DNA from: Candidatus Bathyarchaeota archaeon
Lineage (GTDB): Archaea; Thermoproteota; Bathyarchaeia; Bathyarchaeales; Bathycorpusculaceae
Reading direction: 5' to 3'
NCBI GenBank assembly: GCA_903901015.1
Contig: CAIUPH010000004.1
Location: 36,219-100,218, forward strand
Length of the DNA stretch: 64,000 nucleotides
The notes under the pieces were generated by a model, which did not search any database, was not told the origin of the DNA, and saw only the letters and a program-made list of their open reading frames with translations. Both the position numbers and the translations under genes were made by a program. Within the stretch, counting starts at the first letter, position 1. The number at the start of each line of letters is the position of its first letter. Shown in pieces: positions 29,634 to 38,469 of this stretch.

Positions 29634-29784
29634 AAGCTTGCCGCCTTAAACCGTACAATAGAAAATACTGCCCTTAAAGGGGTTTCTCAGATTTGATGCT
29701 TTGAATTCCCTGAAAAACCAGAAAACCCGTCATTCTTTATTTTTTCATTAAAAAAGTCTCAGCCGACTCATCTAATAGATTGGG

Positions 29785-30540
29785 CTATTTCCATTTTGTC
29801 AGGATTTCTTCACGCTGGAAAGTAATTTTGCTTAAGTAAAATAGAGCGACGGACAGGACGCCTATTACTGCTGACATTATTAAAGCAAGCAGCTCTTTTG
29901 ATATTATAGTGCTGCCTGTTGAAGCGAAAACAACTAGCAAAACTATCGGAACAACAACAAGGCTGCCGAGTTGCTGTGCTGCCCTCACGTCATTAACTCT
30001 GGATGATATGATTACGTTGGCTTCAACGCTTAAAACACATACCAACGGCGCCAGAACACCAATTATAATTGCCCAATACGTGTTCGGAACTAGGAATGTA
30101 CCTAATGCTATGTAAGACCAACCGTCGATAAGAATCGAAAATATTGTTACGCCTATGTAGGTTACACCCATGCAGGGAATAAATGCAGCTAAGCTTTTGC
30201 CCAAGAGTAGTTCGCCGTCTGTTGTAGGAGTAGCCAATAATGGTTCGAGGCTGTGTTCAACTTTTTCACCAACGAAACTGTATGAACCAATTATTGACGC
30301 CAATGCTGTAGGTATGATAACAAAATATGTTGACCCTAAGTCGGTTATTGTCTGGGCCGCCGCTATAAGTTGAGTTCGCGTAAGCTGCCCAGCCTCAGCT
30401 TCTAGAGAAAACACGAAAATTATGGGCAGCACCACACCCAATATTAGGGGCAGAGCTACCAGTGAGTAGAGGATATACCTGTTTTTCTTAAAGACGCTGA
30501 GATCTTTTTTTGTCACAATCCACGATTTCCAAAGCCTCAC
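29785..30540 (-). CDS. ABC-2-type exporter permease
   Basis: SFVGEKVEHSLEPLLATP...LLGKS, ISSRVNDVRAAQQ; about 6 TM helices. Confidence 0.88.
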   Translation of the reverse strand: MRLWKSWIVTKKDLSVFKKNRYILYSLVALPLILGVVLPIIFVFSLEAEAGQLTRTQLIAAAQTITDLGSTYFVIIPTALASIIGSYSFVGEKVEHSLEPLLATPTTDGELLLGKSLAAFIPCMGVTYIGVTIFSILIDGWSYIALGTFLVPNTYWAIIIGVLAPLVCVLSVEANVIISSRVNDVRAAQQLGSLVVVPIVLLVVFASTGSTIISKELLALIMSAVIGVLSVALFYLSKITFQREEILTKWK

Positions 30541-31466
30541 TATGCGGAAGCCTCTCGAATAAGTTTCAAATAAACATCCTCAAGCGTTGAGCGCAGTTCG
30601 GTGACGTACTGGATGTTGCCGCCTGCTTGCACTATTGTTCTTACGACGTCTGGGTTGTCTTTCTCAGGGTTATCGATGTCAAGAATTAACTTGTTATCGC
30701 TGGCACGAGCCGTCTTAACTGAACCTAAATTCTGCACAGCCGCCAAAATCCTATCCGTAACCCTATCCAAATGCACTATGGTTTTCCGATTATAGAGACT
30801 ACGCTCCAAGTTTTTAGGCGAATCAACCACAATTAATTTAGTTTTTAGGATGGCAATTCGGTCACAGAGCCGTTCTGCTTCATCCAAATTGTGCGTATTG
30901 ATGAAAATAGTTCGTTTTTCTTTTTTAAGCTCCAAAATGAAATCCCGCACTGTTTTCGAAGCTTCAGGGTCAAGGTTCGCCGTCGGCTCATCCAAAAACA
31001 ACACCTGCGGATCATGGATTAATGCCCGGGCAATCGCGATTTTCTGCTTAGTTCCCTTACTGAAAGTGCCAACTGCATCTTCCCGCCGCTCCCAGATACC
31101 CAGCAATGTTAAGAGCCGCTCAATGTTTTCTCGGCGCTTTACCTCGGGAACTTCGTAGAGTTGTCCATAGAAGTCAAGGTTTCGGTAAGCACTCAAGCTA
31201 TCGTATAATCCAACGTTTTCTGGCAGAAAACCGACCATTTTTCGTATTTTAAGGCAGTTGGCTTCGTTGTCGACGTTGTAGTCGCCTATTTTTGCTTCGC
31301 CGCTGGTTTTGCCGATTAAACAGCAGAGTATACGAACGGTAGTGGTTTTGCCTGCTCCGTTGGGTCCAAGAAACCCGAAAACCTCGCCTTCTTCAACGTG
31401 TAATGTGACGTTGTCTACGGCTGTTAGGTTGCCAAATTTTCGGGTAAGGTTCTGGGTGTCAATCAA
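30540..31466 (-). CDS. ABC exporter ATP-binding protein
   Basis: GPNGAGKTT, FSKGTKQ, LFLDEPT, THNLDEA. Confidence 0.93.
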   Translation of the reverse strand: MIDTQNLTRKFGNLTAVDNVTLHVEEGEVFGFLGPNGAGKTTTVRILCCLIGKTSGEAKIGDYNVDNEANCLKIRKMVGFLPENVGLYDSLSAYRNLDFYGQLYEVPEVKRRENIERLLTLLGIWERREDAVGTFSKGTKQKIAIARALIHDPQVLFLDEPTANLDPEASKTVRDFILELKKEKRTIFINTHNLDEAERLCDRIAILKTKLIVVDSPKNLERSLYNRKTIVHLDRVTDRILAAVQNLGSVKTARASDNKLILDIDNPEKDNPDVVRTIVQAGGNIQYVTELRSTLEDVYLKLIREASA

Positions 31467-31487
31467 TTAGGGGTACTGTCCGCGGTT

Positions 31488-31760
31488 TTATGATTGGGCT
31501 TTTTCGTATTTGGATTCGTCTATGCGTTTCCTCTCCAGTTCTTCCTCGCTTAGTTCCTGGGGGGCAGCCTGCTGTTGTTTTGCTTCTTCTGGAGGCCAAG
31601 TGATGGGATCCTTCACTGAAGTGTAAATGTTGAGCCAGCTTCTTTTGCCGCAGGATGGACATTTTACGTAGTGCAATGGACCGATATGCGGAGCTAAAGC
31701 TGCTCCTCCGAGCCCTTGTTCGAAGACGACGCCGCATTTCTTGCATTTTACTCTGGTCAT
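31488..31760 (-). CDS. Zinc-ribbon protein heading the ABC operon
   Basis: CKKCG...CPSCGK. Confidence 0.7.
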   Translation of the reverse strand: MTRVKCKKCGVVFEQGLGGAALAPHIGPLHYVKCPSCGKRSWLNIYTSVKDPITWPPEEAKQQQAAPQELSEEELERKRIDESKYEKAQS

Positions 31761-31890
31761 TCTTATCGAGCTTTGATGGATTGTTTGGAGATTAAAATGT
31801 TTGTTAACTAAGGCGGCTTTTTCATTGTATTACGACCTTGAAAAGTATAAAGGCAAAGGCAAGGTAGTTAGTTACAAGAGAATCAGGCAG

Positions 31891-32247
31891 ATGTTTGAGC
31901 ACCACCACGAAAAACTGCTGCCAAGACGTCTATTCCTTCGGCGCTTAGCTAAGTACGCAGCCATAACGCTTAGCATAATTCTTGTTTCGCTGGTAATCGG
32001 CATGATCGGTTACCACGCACTCGAAGGGTACTCTTGGGTTGACGCTTTCCTCAACGCCGCCATGCTTATGGGTGGAATGGGACCAGTCGGAATATTGCAC
32101 ACGGAGGGAGGAAAAATGTTCGCTGGAATATACGCTCTTTACTGTGGATTCATCGAGTTGGTGGCAATCGGCATTTTTGCCGCTCCCATCGTACATCGGT
32201 TCCTGCACCATTTCCATTTGGAAGACGAAGATAAACAAAACAGTTAA
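31891..32247 (+). CDS. Small 2-TM membrane protein (ion-channel pore-like)
   Basis: MFEHHHEKLLPRR...GYHALEGYSWVDAFLNAAMLMGGMGP...GKMFAGIYALY...HRFLHHFHLE; TM-pore helix-TM layout, start ATG 31891. Confidence 0.72.
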   Translation: MFEHHHEKLLPRRLFLRRLAKYAAITLSIILVSLVIGMIGYHALEGYSWVDAFLNAAMLMGGMGPVGILHTEGGKMFAGIYALYCGFIELVAIGIFAAPIVHRFLHHFHLEDEDKQNS

Positions 32248-32318
32248 CAAAACTGAATTCCGACAAAGTGACCATGGCAAACTGTGTAAATTTGTTAATC
32301 TTTTTTAGAAGCGTTTGA

Positions 32319-33572
32319 TTGATTTTTGATATGACTACAGCCATGTTTTGGCGCAGGAGCGTACTTCCAAACGGTTTAACAATGCTCCAGTTTCCAAAGC
32401 AATCTGCCAACACAACGCAATTGTCAATCGCTGTCGAGTATGGATCGAACCAAGAACCTGAAAAAATTGCGGGAGTCGCCCATTTCCTTGAACACATGCT
32501 TGCAGGAGGCTCCGAAAAACGAATCCAGCTATCCCGAAGCATCGAGAACTCTGGGGGAATCATGGATTTCTACACTGACCATGAGCACATGATGAGCTCC
32601 ATGGATATTTTACCAGGCGAATTACCCCAAGCAGCAACTATTATTTCAGAATTGCTCTTTAATCCAGAGTTTGAGGAAGAAAAATTCAGGCAAGAACGCA
32701 AAATAATCCTAAATGAATTAGCCGAAGCATTAGATGACCCGACAGAACGGCTCGAAGAATTGCTCCTAAAAAGTCTATTCAAAAACCACCCTTTGAACCG
32801 CCCCGTCGGGGGTTTCCCAAAAACCGTGAAACACTTAACTTTTGACCAATTAAGCGATGCACACAGAGCAAATTATGTCCCCGAAAACATGATTTTAATT
32901 TTAACTGGTAATTTCACTGAAGAATTCGCTGAGATTGTTCTTAAAAACTTCAGCGGCAGAACCTCCGAGAAAAACCCTTCAAGAAAGCGTTTTCCTATTG
33001 AAACTGCTAAACCCGAGCCGCTGGTTGTTGAGAAAAAATCTGGGATAGCCCAAACATACCTGAGTATGGGTGCACGCACGGTTTGTTCAAGCCACATAGA
33101 TGTCCCTGTGTTAGATGTAATGAGCGCGTTGCTTAGCGGAGGCACCAGTTCACGGTTATTCGTAGAACTGCGTGAAAAGAACGCGTTAACCTACGATGTC
33201 AACTCGGACCATAACAAGGGTGTGGACTTCGGGTTTTTCAGCATCAGTTGTGCCGTGAAGGATAAAAATTTGGTGAAAGCTAAACGGGTAATTCTTAGGG
33301 AACTATCTAAACTGAGATCTGAGAAGGTTCCGATTGATGAGCTTGACAGGACTAAGAACCTGATTGTGGGCGCCAGCCTCCGCGGAATGGATGATCCGCA
33401 GGAGTGCCAAGAGATAATTGCTTACATGGAAATGCAGTTCAAGAATGAAAACGCGTTGGTTGACCATATTGACAAAGTTAAGGCTGTTTCAAGCCGGGAC
33501 ATAATGGATGCCGCCAACACTTATCTTCAAGAGGATTCTTTATCGACGGCGCTTCTTGAACCAAAAAAATAG
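32319..33572 (+). CDS. M16 (pitrilysin-family) zinc peptidase
   Basis: GVAHFLEHML HxxEH motif, ERKIILNE, SSRLFVELREK..L.Y. Confidence 0.92.
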   Translation: MIFDMTTAMFWRRSVLPNGLTMLQFPKQSANTTQLSIAVEYGSNQEPEKIAGVAHFLEHMLAGGSEKRIQLSRSIENSGGIMDFYTDHEHMMSSMDILPGELPQAATIISELLFNPEFEEEKFRQERKIILNELAEALDDPTERLEELLLKSLFKNHPLNRPVGGFPKTVKHLTFDQLSDAHRANYVPENMILILTGNFTEEFAEIVLKNFSGRTSEKNPSRKRFPIETAKPEPLVVEKKSGIAQTYLSMGARTVCSSHIDVPVLDVMSALLSGGTSSRLFVELREKNALTYDVNSDHNKGVDFGFFSISCAVKDKNLVKAKRVILRELSKLRSEKVPIDELDRTKNLIVGASLRGMDDPQECQEIIAYMEMQFKNENALVDHIDKVKAVSSRDIMDAANTYLQEDSLSTALLEPKK

Positions 33573-33632
33573 CTAATCTCGTATTTATCCAAAAAAAGAA
33601 AAGGGAACGTAGTGGTTTTGTTGCTTGCCGAG

Positions 33633-34421
33633 CTAATGTTTCTTCATTATTGCCAATACTGCAACGGCTATTGCGACTACACTCAAAGCGATGGCTGCAT
33701 ATTCAATCGTTGAATCTGCGGATGCTCCTTGTTCTCCAGCTACGCCGTTTTCACCTGCAACACCTGTTGCTCCCGTTGCTCCTGTTGATCCGGTTAAATC
33801 TGGAAGGGTTATAGTTGCGTTTGCAGTTGCGCTTGAAGTTGAAGCAACTAAAGTGTATGAGCCGGTTAGGTTTGTTGGAATGATTACGGTGGTGGAACTA
33901 AAGTTTCCTCGAGCGTCAGTTTTTGTACTGTTAGCGAATGTGTACACGGTTGTTCCAGCAGAGTCGGCGAGTGTTAGAGCTACTGTTTCTGAAGCGTTAA
34001 ATCCGGTGCCGTTAACTGCGATGATGTTGCTGTCATCTGGTGTGACGGTTATGGCTGTTACTGCTTGTGAAATAGTGTATTCAGTGTATGCGGCGACGGT
34101 TGATGTGTATGCTGTCATGTTGAAGGTTCCGTAAACGTTCGTTGGAAGGGTAAGGTTTGCTGAAAAGTTGCCTGCGCTGTCGGTTGTCACTGTCTCAGTA
34201 AAGTTGTACACCGATGTGCTGTCAGTTTTATTTAGTAATCCCACATGCACTGTTTCTGAAGCGTTGAATCCGCTGCCGCTGACTGCGATAACACTGTTGT
34301 TGCTTGTTGCCGAAGCTGTTAATGTTCCAGTTGTTAGAGCATCTGCTGAAGAGGTGAATGCGACTGCCAAGATACTGCAGAGCATCACTAAGAGTAAAGC
34401 GTTTTTTCGTTTTTGGGTCAA
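33633..34421 (-). CDS. Surface protein: two Ig-like repeats, collagen-like stalk, C-terminal TM
   Basis: Internal duplication (SGSGFNASETV / NGTGFNASETV), 8 Gly-X-Y triplets, signal peptide and TM+KKH tail. Confidence 0.8.
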   Translation of the reverse strand: MTQKRKNALLLVMLCSILAVAFTSSADALTTGTLTASATSNNSVIAVSGSGFNASETVHVGLLNKTDSTSVYNFTETVTTDSAGNFSANLTLPTNVYGTFNMTAYTSTVAAYTEYTISQAVTAITVTPDDSNIIAVNGTGFNASETVALTLADSAGTTVYTFANSTKTDARGNFSSTTVIIPTNLTGSYTLVASTSSATANATITLPDLTGSTGATGATGVAGENGVAGEQGASADSTIEYAAIALSVVAIAVAVLAIMKKH

Positions 34422-34617
34422 ATGGTTTTTTCTCCTTTATCTTAGAGCCCTGCATGGAAAATACTTAAGATTTATTCAGAATATCATCCCAATATAGACC
34501 CAATGAACCCCAAATTCACCCCTAAACATGCCGTTGGATTTAACGGAAGATGTTGTTCTTGTTTGAGACAACATTATTTCATATAGTATTGATGCTTTTA
34601 ATGTTCAAGTTGATATC

Positions 34618-34764
34618 TTGATTACTTGTTATAGAGTTAATTGTCCAAAATGCGGAAAAGAACTTGCGAAACCAGACAGAAAACTAGAGAACGCTGTGTT
34701 CTGCGTCGCACGTTACACATGCGATGAGTACGGTACATCGTTTACGTATTCTAAAGAATTTTAG
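34618..34764 (+). CDS. Small CPxCG zinc-finger-like protein (48 aa), second knuckle degenerate
   Basis: Not in the ORF track. TTG start: MITCYRVNCPKCGKELAKPDRKLENAVFCVARYTCDEYGTSFTYSKEF*. Confidence 0.5.
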   Translation: MITCYRVNCPKCGKELAKPDRKLENAVFCVARYTCDEYGTSFTYSKEF

Positions 34765-34875
34765 TTTTAACCCGTTTTTATCTGGTTTAAACATCGACGA
34801 ATCCATTTAGCCTGATTTGCTAACTTGTTTTTGCACCAAATTACAGCTGATTTCCCGAAATGCTTACCGTGTAAT

Positions 34876-34964
34876 CATATTTGGAGCCTAATAGAGGTTC
34901 TATGTTGAAACTATAGAGGGGTAGGTGTTATTAGCGATTTTCGCATGCATTGACATGTTAAAAA
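34876..34964 (+). repeat. Copy D of dispersed ORB-like repeat
   Basis: CATATTTGGAGCCTAATAGAGGTTCTATGTTGAAACTATAGAGGGGTAGGT..., ending about 17 bp before the amt stop. Confidence 0.85.
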
Positions 34965-34981
34965 TATTTGTTATATGCTTC

Positions 34982-36274
34982 TTAATCTAAATTGTATGCT
35001 TCTTCGCCATGCTGGCTCATGTCTAAGCCTTCGTCTTCTTCTTTCGGACTCACTCGTAGCGGCGAGAACAAATCAACAAACCTCAAGAGCAAATAAGAAC
35101 CGACAAACGAGAAAGCAGCTACAACCACCACCGCGAACACTTGAATACCGAGCAATCCTGGGTTGCCATAGAACAAGCCATTTGTAACAGCCGAGTTAAC
35201 GGTGACGGTTGCAAACAAGCCCACTGCAACTGCGCCGATTATGCCGCCGATTCCGTGGCAAGCGAAAACGTCGAGTGTATCATCGATTTTTGAGCGTCCT
35301 GCACGCCAGTTAGCCACCAAATTCGAAATTATACCCGCTGCCAAACCAATAATTACTGCTGCCGTGAAGTTAATGTACCCTGCCGCAGCCGTAACCGCAG
35401 CCATACCGCATACTGCGCCAACGGAGATGCCGATTGCTGAGGGTTTGCCCTTGATTATCCAATCCAGAATCATCCAGCTTACCGCTGCTGCAGCCGCCGC
35501 CAAGTTAGTTGCAACAACCGCGGAAACAGCAATGCTGTCGGCTCCCAGAGCGCTGCCTCCGTTGAATCCGAACCAACCAAACCACAATAAACCTGCCCCC
35601 AAAATCACGTATGGAATGTTTGTTGGTTTGAACTCAGTGCCCATTGCTGGTGCGTTGGGGTCTTTGCGGTCTAGAGCTTTCATTTGGTCTTTCCAGTAAA
35701 CGCAGCCTTTCCTTCTGCCAACGATAAGCGCCGCTGCCAACGCCGATACCCCTGCCGCAACGTGGACGACTATGCCGCCTGCGAAATCCCATGCACCCAA
35801 AACATGCAGCCAGCCGTTCGCGTTCCACAGCCAGTGGGCGATTGGCGAATAGATGAGTGTGGACCATAGAACAACGAAGATGAGCAGTGAGCGGAAGCGG
35901 ATTCTTTCTGCGCATGCACCTATGATTAACGCGGGGGTGATTGCGGCGAATTTTAGTTGAAAAGCGAAGAATAGGATTTCTGGAATGCCCGCCGCGTAAG
36001 TGGGATTAATCGTATTCACGTTTATGCCGTTTAAGCCGACCAGCGACAGGTTTCCGATGACGCCGCCGATGCTGGGTCCGAAAACGAGGCTGTACCCCCA
36101 GAAAAACCATACGAGGCTCACGACGGCGAAAATGGCGATGCACTGGACTAAGGTTGATACGAGGTTTTTTCTGCGTACTAAACCGCCGTAGAAGAAAGCT
36201 AAGGCTGGAGTCATCAGCATAACCAACGCTGTTGATGTTAGAACCCACGCTATGTCCGCTGGATTTACAGCCAT
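34982..36274 (-). CDS. amtB: Ammonium transporter (Amt family), copy 1
   Basis: LVMLMTPALAFFYGG, FQLKFAAITPALI, WDFAGGIVVH, LLWFGWFGFNGGS, DDTLDVFACHG; twin-His retained. Confidence 0.95.
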   Translation of the reverse strand: MAVNPADIAWVLTSTALVMLMTPALAFFYGGLVRRKNLVSTLVQCIAIFAVVSLVWFFWGYSLVFGPSIGGVIGNLSLVGLNGINVNTINPTYAAGIPEILFFAFQLKFAAITPALIIGACAERIRFRSLLIFVVLWSTLIYSPIAHWLWNANGWLHVLGAWDFAGGIVVHVAAGVSALAAALIVGRRKGCVYWKDQMKALDRKDPNAPAMGTEFKPTNIPYVILGAGLLWFGWFGFNGGSALGADSIAVSAVVATNLAAAAAAVSWMILDWIIKGKPSAIGISVGAVCGMAAVTAAAGYINFTAAVIIGLAAGIISNLVANWRAGRSKIDDTLDVFACHGIGGIIGAVAVGLFATVTVNSAVTNGLFYGNPGLLGIQVFAVVVVAAFSFVGSYLLLRFVDLFSPLRVSPKEEDEGLDMSQHGEEAYNLD

Positions 36275-36560
36275 CCCTTTCCCCGTTTGCGATTAGTTAC
36301 TCCCCATTTTTGTCAGAACCAATATTTAAACTATGCATTCGCATCGATTACGGGGTCAAATTTTGATAAATGTCCAATCAATCGCTCACAAGTGACATAA
36401 TCATTAACAATTATTCATACGAGCCCCAATAATCGTAAAAATGTCCAAAAAATCAGCATTAAAAGAATAATTTGTCCAACACCAAAAACGGCTTTCAAGA
36501 AAGAAATAGCAAGAAAAAAAGGGCAAGTTAAAAAAAAGAAAAATTGAGCAAAAAATTGCT

Positions 36561-37835
36561 CTAATCCAGCTGGTAGGCTTCTTCACCGTGCTCGCTTAGG
36601 TCTAAGCCCGCGTCTTCTGCTTCAGGACTTACTCTCAGAGGCGAGAACACGTTGGTCAACTTTAGCAACAGGTAGGAGCCAAAGAACGAGAACGGCACCA
36701 CCACAGCGACAGCCAATAGCTGAGCGAGGAATTGATGGACGTTTCCATAGATCAGGCCCGTTGCGCCGATGGATGCGAATATGCCCGTTCCGATTGCGCC
36801 CCAGATACCTCCGACACCGTGACATGCAAAGACATCTAACGCATCGTCGATTTTTGATCTGCCAGCTCTCCAGTTAGCTACGAGGTTGGACAATATGCCT
36901 CCTATCAGGCCCATGATTATTGCTGCCATAGGGCTAACGAAGCCTGAGGCGGGTGTGATGACTACTAATCCAACGACTGCGCCTACTGCCATACCTACTG
37001 CGGATGGTTTGCCTTTGATGAGCCAGTCCATGAGCATCCAGCTCACTGCGGCTGCTGCTGCGGCTAAGTTTGTTACCACGAGTGCTGAGACTGCGAGGTC
37101 GTTTGCTGCGAGTGCGCTACCTGCGTTGAATCCGAACCAGCCAAACCACAGTAGTGCTGCGCCTAATAGCACATAGGGTATGTTGGTTGGCTTGAATTCG
37201 ACGCGTTCTTTGTGGTCAATATCTTTCATGTGTTGCTTCCATGGAATAGCGGAGCCTTTTCTTCTACCGATTACAAGCGCGGCTGCAAGGGCTGAGACAC
37301 CTGCGGATATGTGGACGACTAGACCGCCTGCGAAGTCAATGGATCCGACGCCTTTTAGCCAGCCATCCGGGTTCCAAACCCAATGGGCAATTGGCACGTA
37401 GATGACTGTTGACCAGAGGACAATGAATATCAGTAAGGAGCGGAAGCGAACTCTTTCTGCGCATGCACCGATGATTAAGGCTGGTGTGATGGCGGCGAAC
37501 TTTAGCTGGAAAGCAAAGACGAGTAGCGTGGGTATGGTTGCGGCTAAGGCGGGGTTGATGTCATGTATGCCTACGCCGTTTAATCCTGCGAGGGACAAGT
37601 TGCCTATTATGCCATGGTAGCTGGGTCCAAAGGCTAAGCTGTAGCCCCAAAGTGCCCAGGTGAGGCTTATTACAGCAAATATGATGAAGCACTGCGCAAT
37701 CGTTGAGACCAGGTTTTTCTTGCGTACTAAGCCGCCGTAGAAAAAGCCCAGTGCTGGCGTCATCAACATTACGAGAGCTGTTGCTGTTATAATCCAAGCT
37801 ACATCTCCAGAGTTTGAAGTCAAAGCTGCACTCAT
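36561..37835 (-). CDS. amtB: Ammonium transporter (Amt family), copy 2
   Basis: Same motifs (IDFAGGLVVH, DDALDVFACHG); close paralogue of copy 1. Confidence 0.95.
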   Translation of the reverse strand: MSAALTSNSGDVAWIITATALVMLMTPALGFFYGGLVRKKNLVSTIAQCFIIFAVISLTWALWGYSLAFGPSYHGIIGNLSLAGLNGVGIHDINPALAATIPTLLVFAFQLKFAAITPALIIGACAERVRFRSLLIFIVLWSTVIYVPIAHWVWNPDGWLKGVGSIDFAGGLVVHISAGVSALAAALVIGRRKGSAIPWKQHMKDIDHKERVEFKPTNIPYVLLGAALLWFGWFGFNAGSALAANDLAVSALVVTNLAAAAAAVSWMLMDWLIKGKPSAVGMAVGAVVGLVVITPASGFVSPMAAIIMGLIGGILSNLVANWRAGRSKIDDALDVFACHGVGGIWGAIGTGIFASIGATGLIYGNVHQFLAQLLAVAVVVPFSFFGSYLLLKLTNVFSPLRVSPEAEDAGLDLSEHGEEAYQLD

Positions 37836-38265
37836 ATCATAACACCATTTAACATCTGTTTAGTTATTTGATTATTGACTGTGCAAATATTTTAATCAAC
37901 TATTTAAAACTATCCGCATGCTGCATAAAACAAAACTTTACTGAATATTTGTCGCCAAAACTTTCATTTACCCAAGCGTTTGTTCATTACAACTTGTCCA
38001 AAAGAAAAAAAATTCGAAAACCATCCAAAAAAACGCCTTTTAATAAGCAAACATCCATACACCCAAAAAACCCGTCTCAACATCTAAAATCCGCCAACTT
38101 AAAAATAATTAAAGACAAAAGTGCGCTCGGCAGTTTCAGGTGGCAAATTTTAAATTTGTCTAGCTATATTTAAAATTGTAGCAGAAAAACTGCTGATTTA
38201 TGGTTGAGTGATTTAATACTTAATGCTTCAATTCTTTGCTCCAATATACAAAACATTTTTAGTTT

Positions 38266-38282
38266 TTCATAACAATTATGAA
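38266..38282. promoter_or_regulatory. Perfect 7-3-7 inverted repeat, candidate operator
   Basis: TTCATAA-CAA-TTATGAA in the divergent amt/APC-permease intergenic region; the 14-mer TTTTTCATAACAAT recurs at 40643 upstream of glnA. Confidence 0.45.
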
Positions 38283-38348
38283 CAAATATTAACTATACTT
38301 ATATTATACTGGACAGATAGATACGTAAAATAAATCTTGGTGAACAAT

Positions 38349-38468
38349 GTGAAAAAAGTACTCGTACAATCGTTAAACGATTCCACAAAGTACATAACCG
38401 AATTCACTGACCGAGGCAAAAAAGGACACCACATCACCTACCAAAAAAGAATAACAGAGGCTAAATAA
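38349..38468 (+). CDS. Small basic protein (39 aa) coupled to the APC permease
   Basis: Not in the ORF track. GGTGA RBS 5 nt before GTG; MKKVLVQSLNDSTKYITEFTDRGKKGHHITYQKRITEAK*; stop 1 nt before the permease ATG. Confidence 0.6.
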   Translation: MKKVLVQSLNDSTKYITEFTDRGKKGHHITYQKRITEAK

Positions 38469-38469
38469 A

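Noticed and set aside
33691-34134. Antisense ORFs such as 33691..34134, 8020..8625, 28525..29148 and 35202..35699
   Set aside because: Shadow frames opposite well-supported genes, with no motifs of their own.
36293-36307. Tiny uORF MGSN* upstream of amt1
   Set aside because: Its ATG is only about 16 nt from the TTTAAATA box and so probably upstream of the transcription start.
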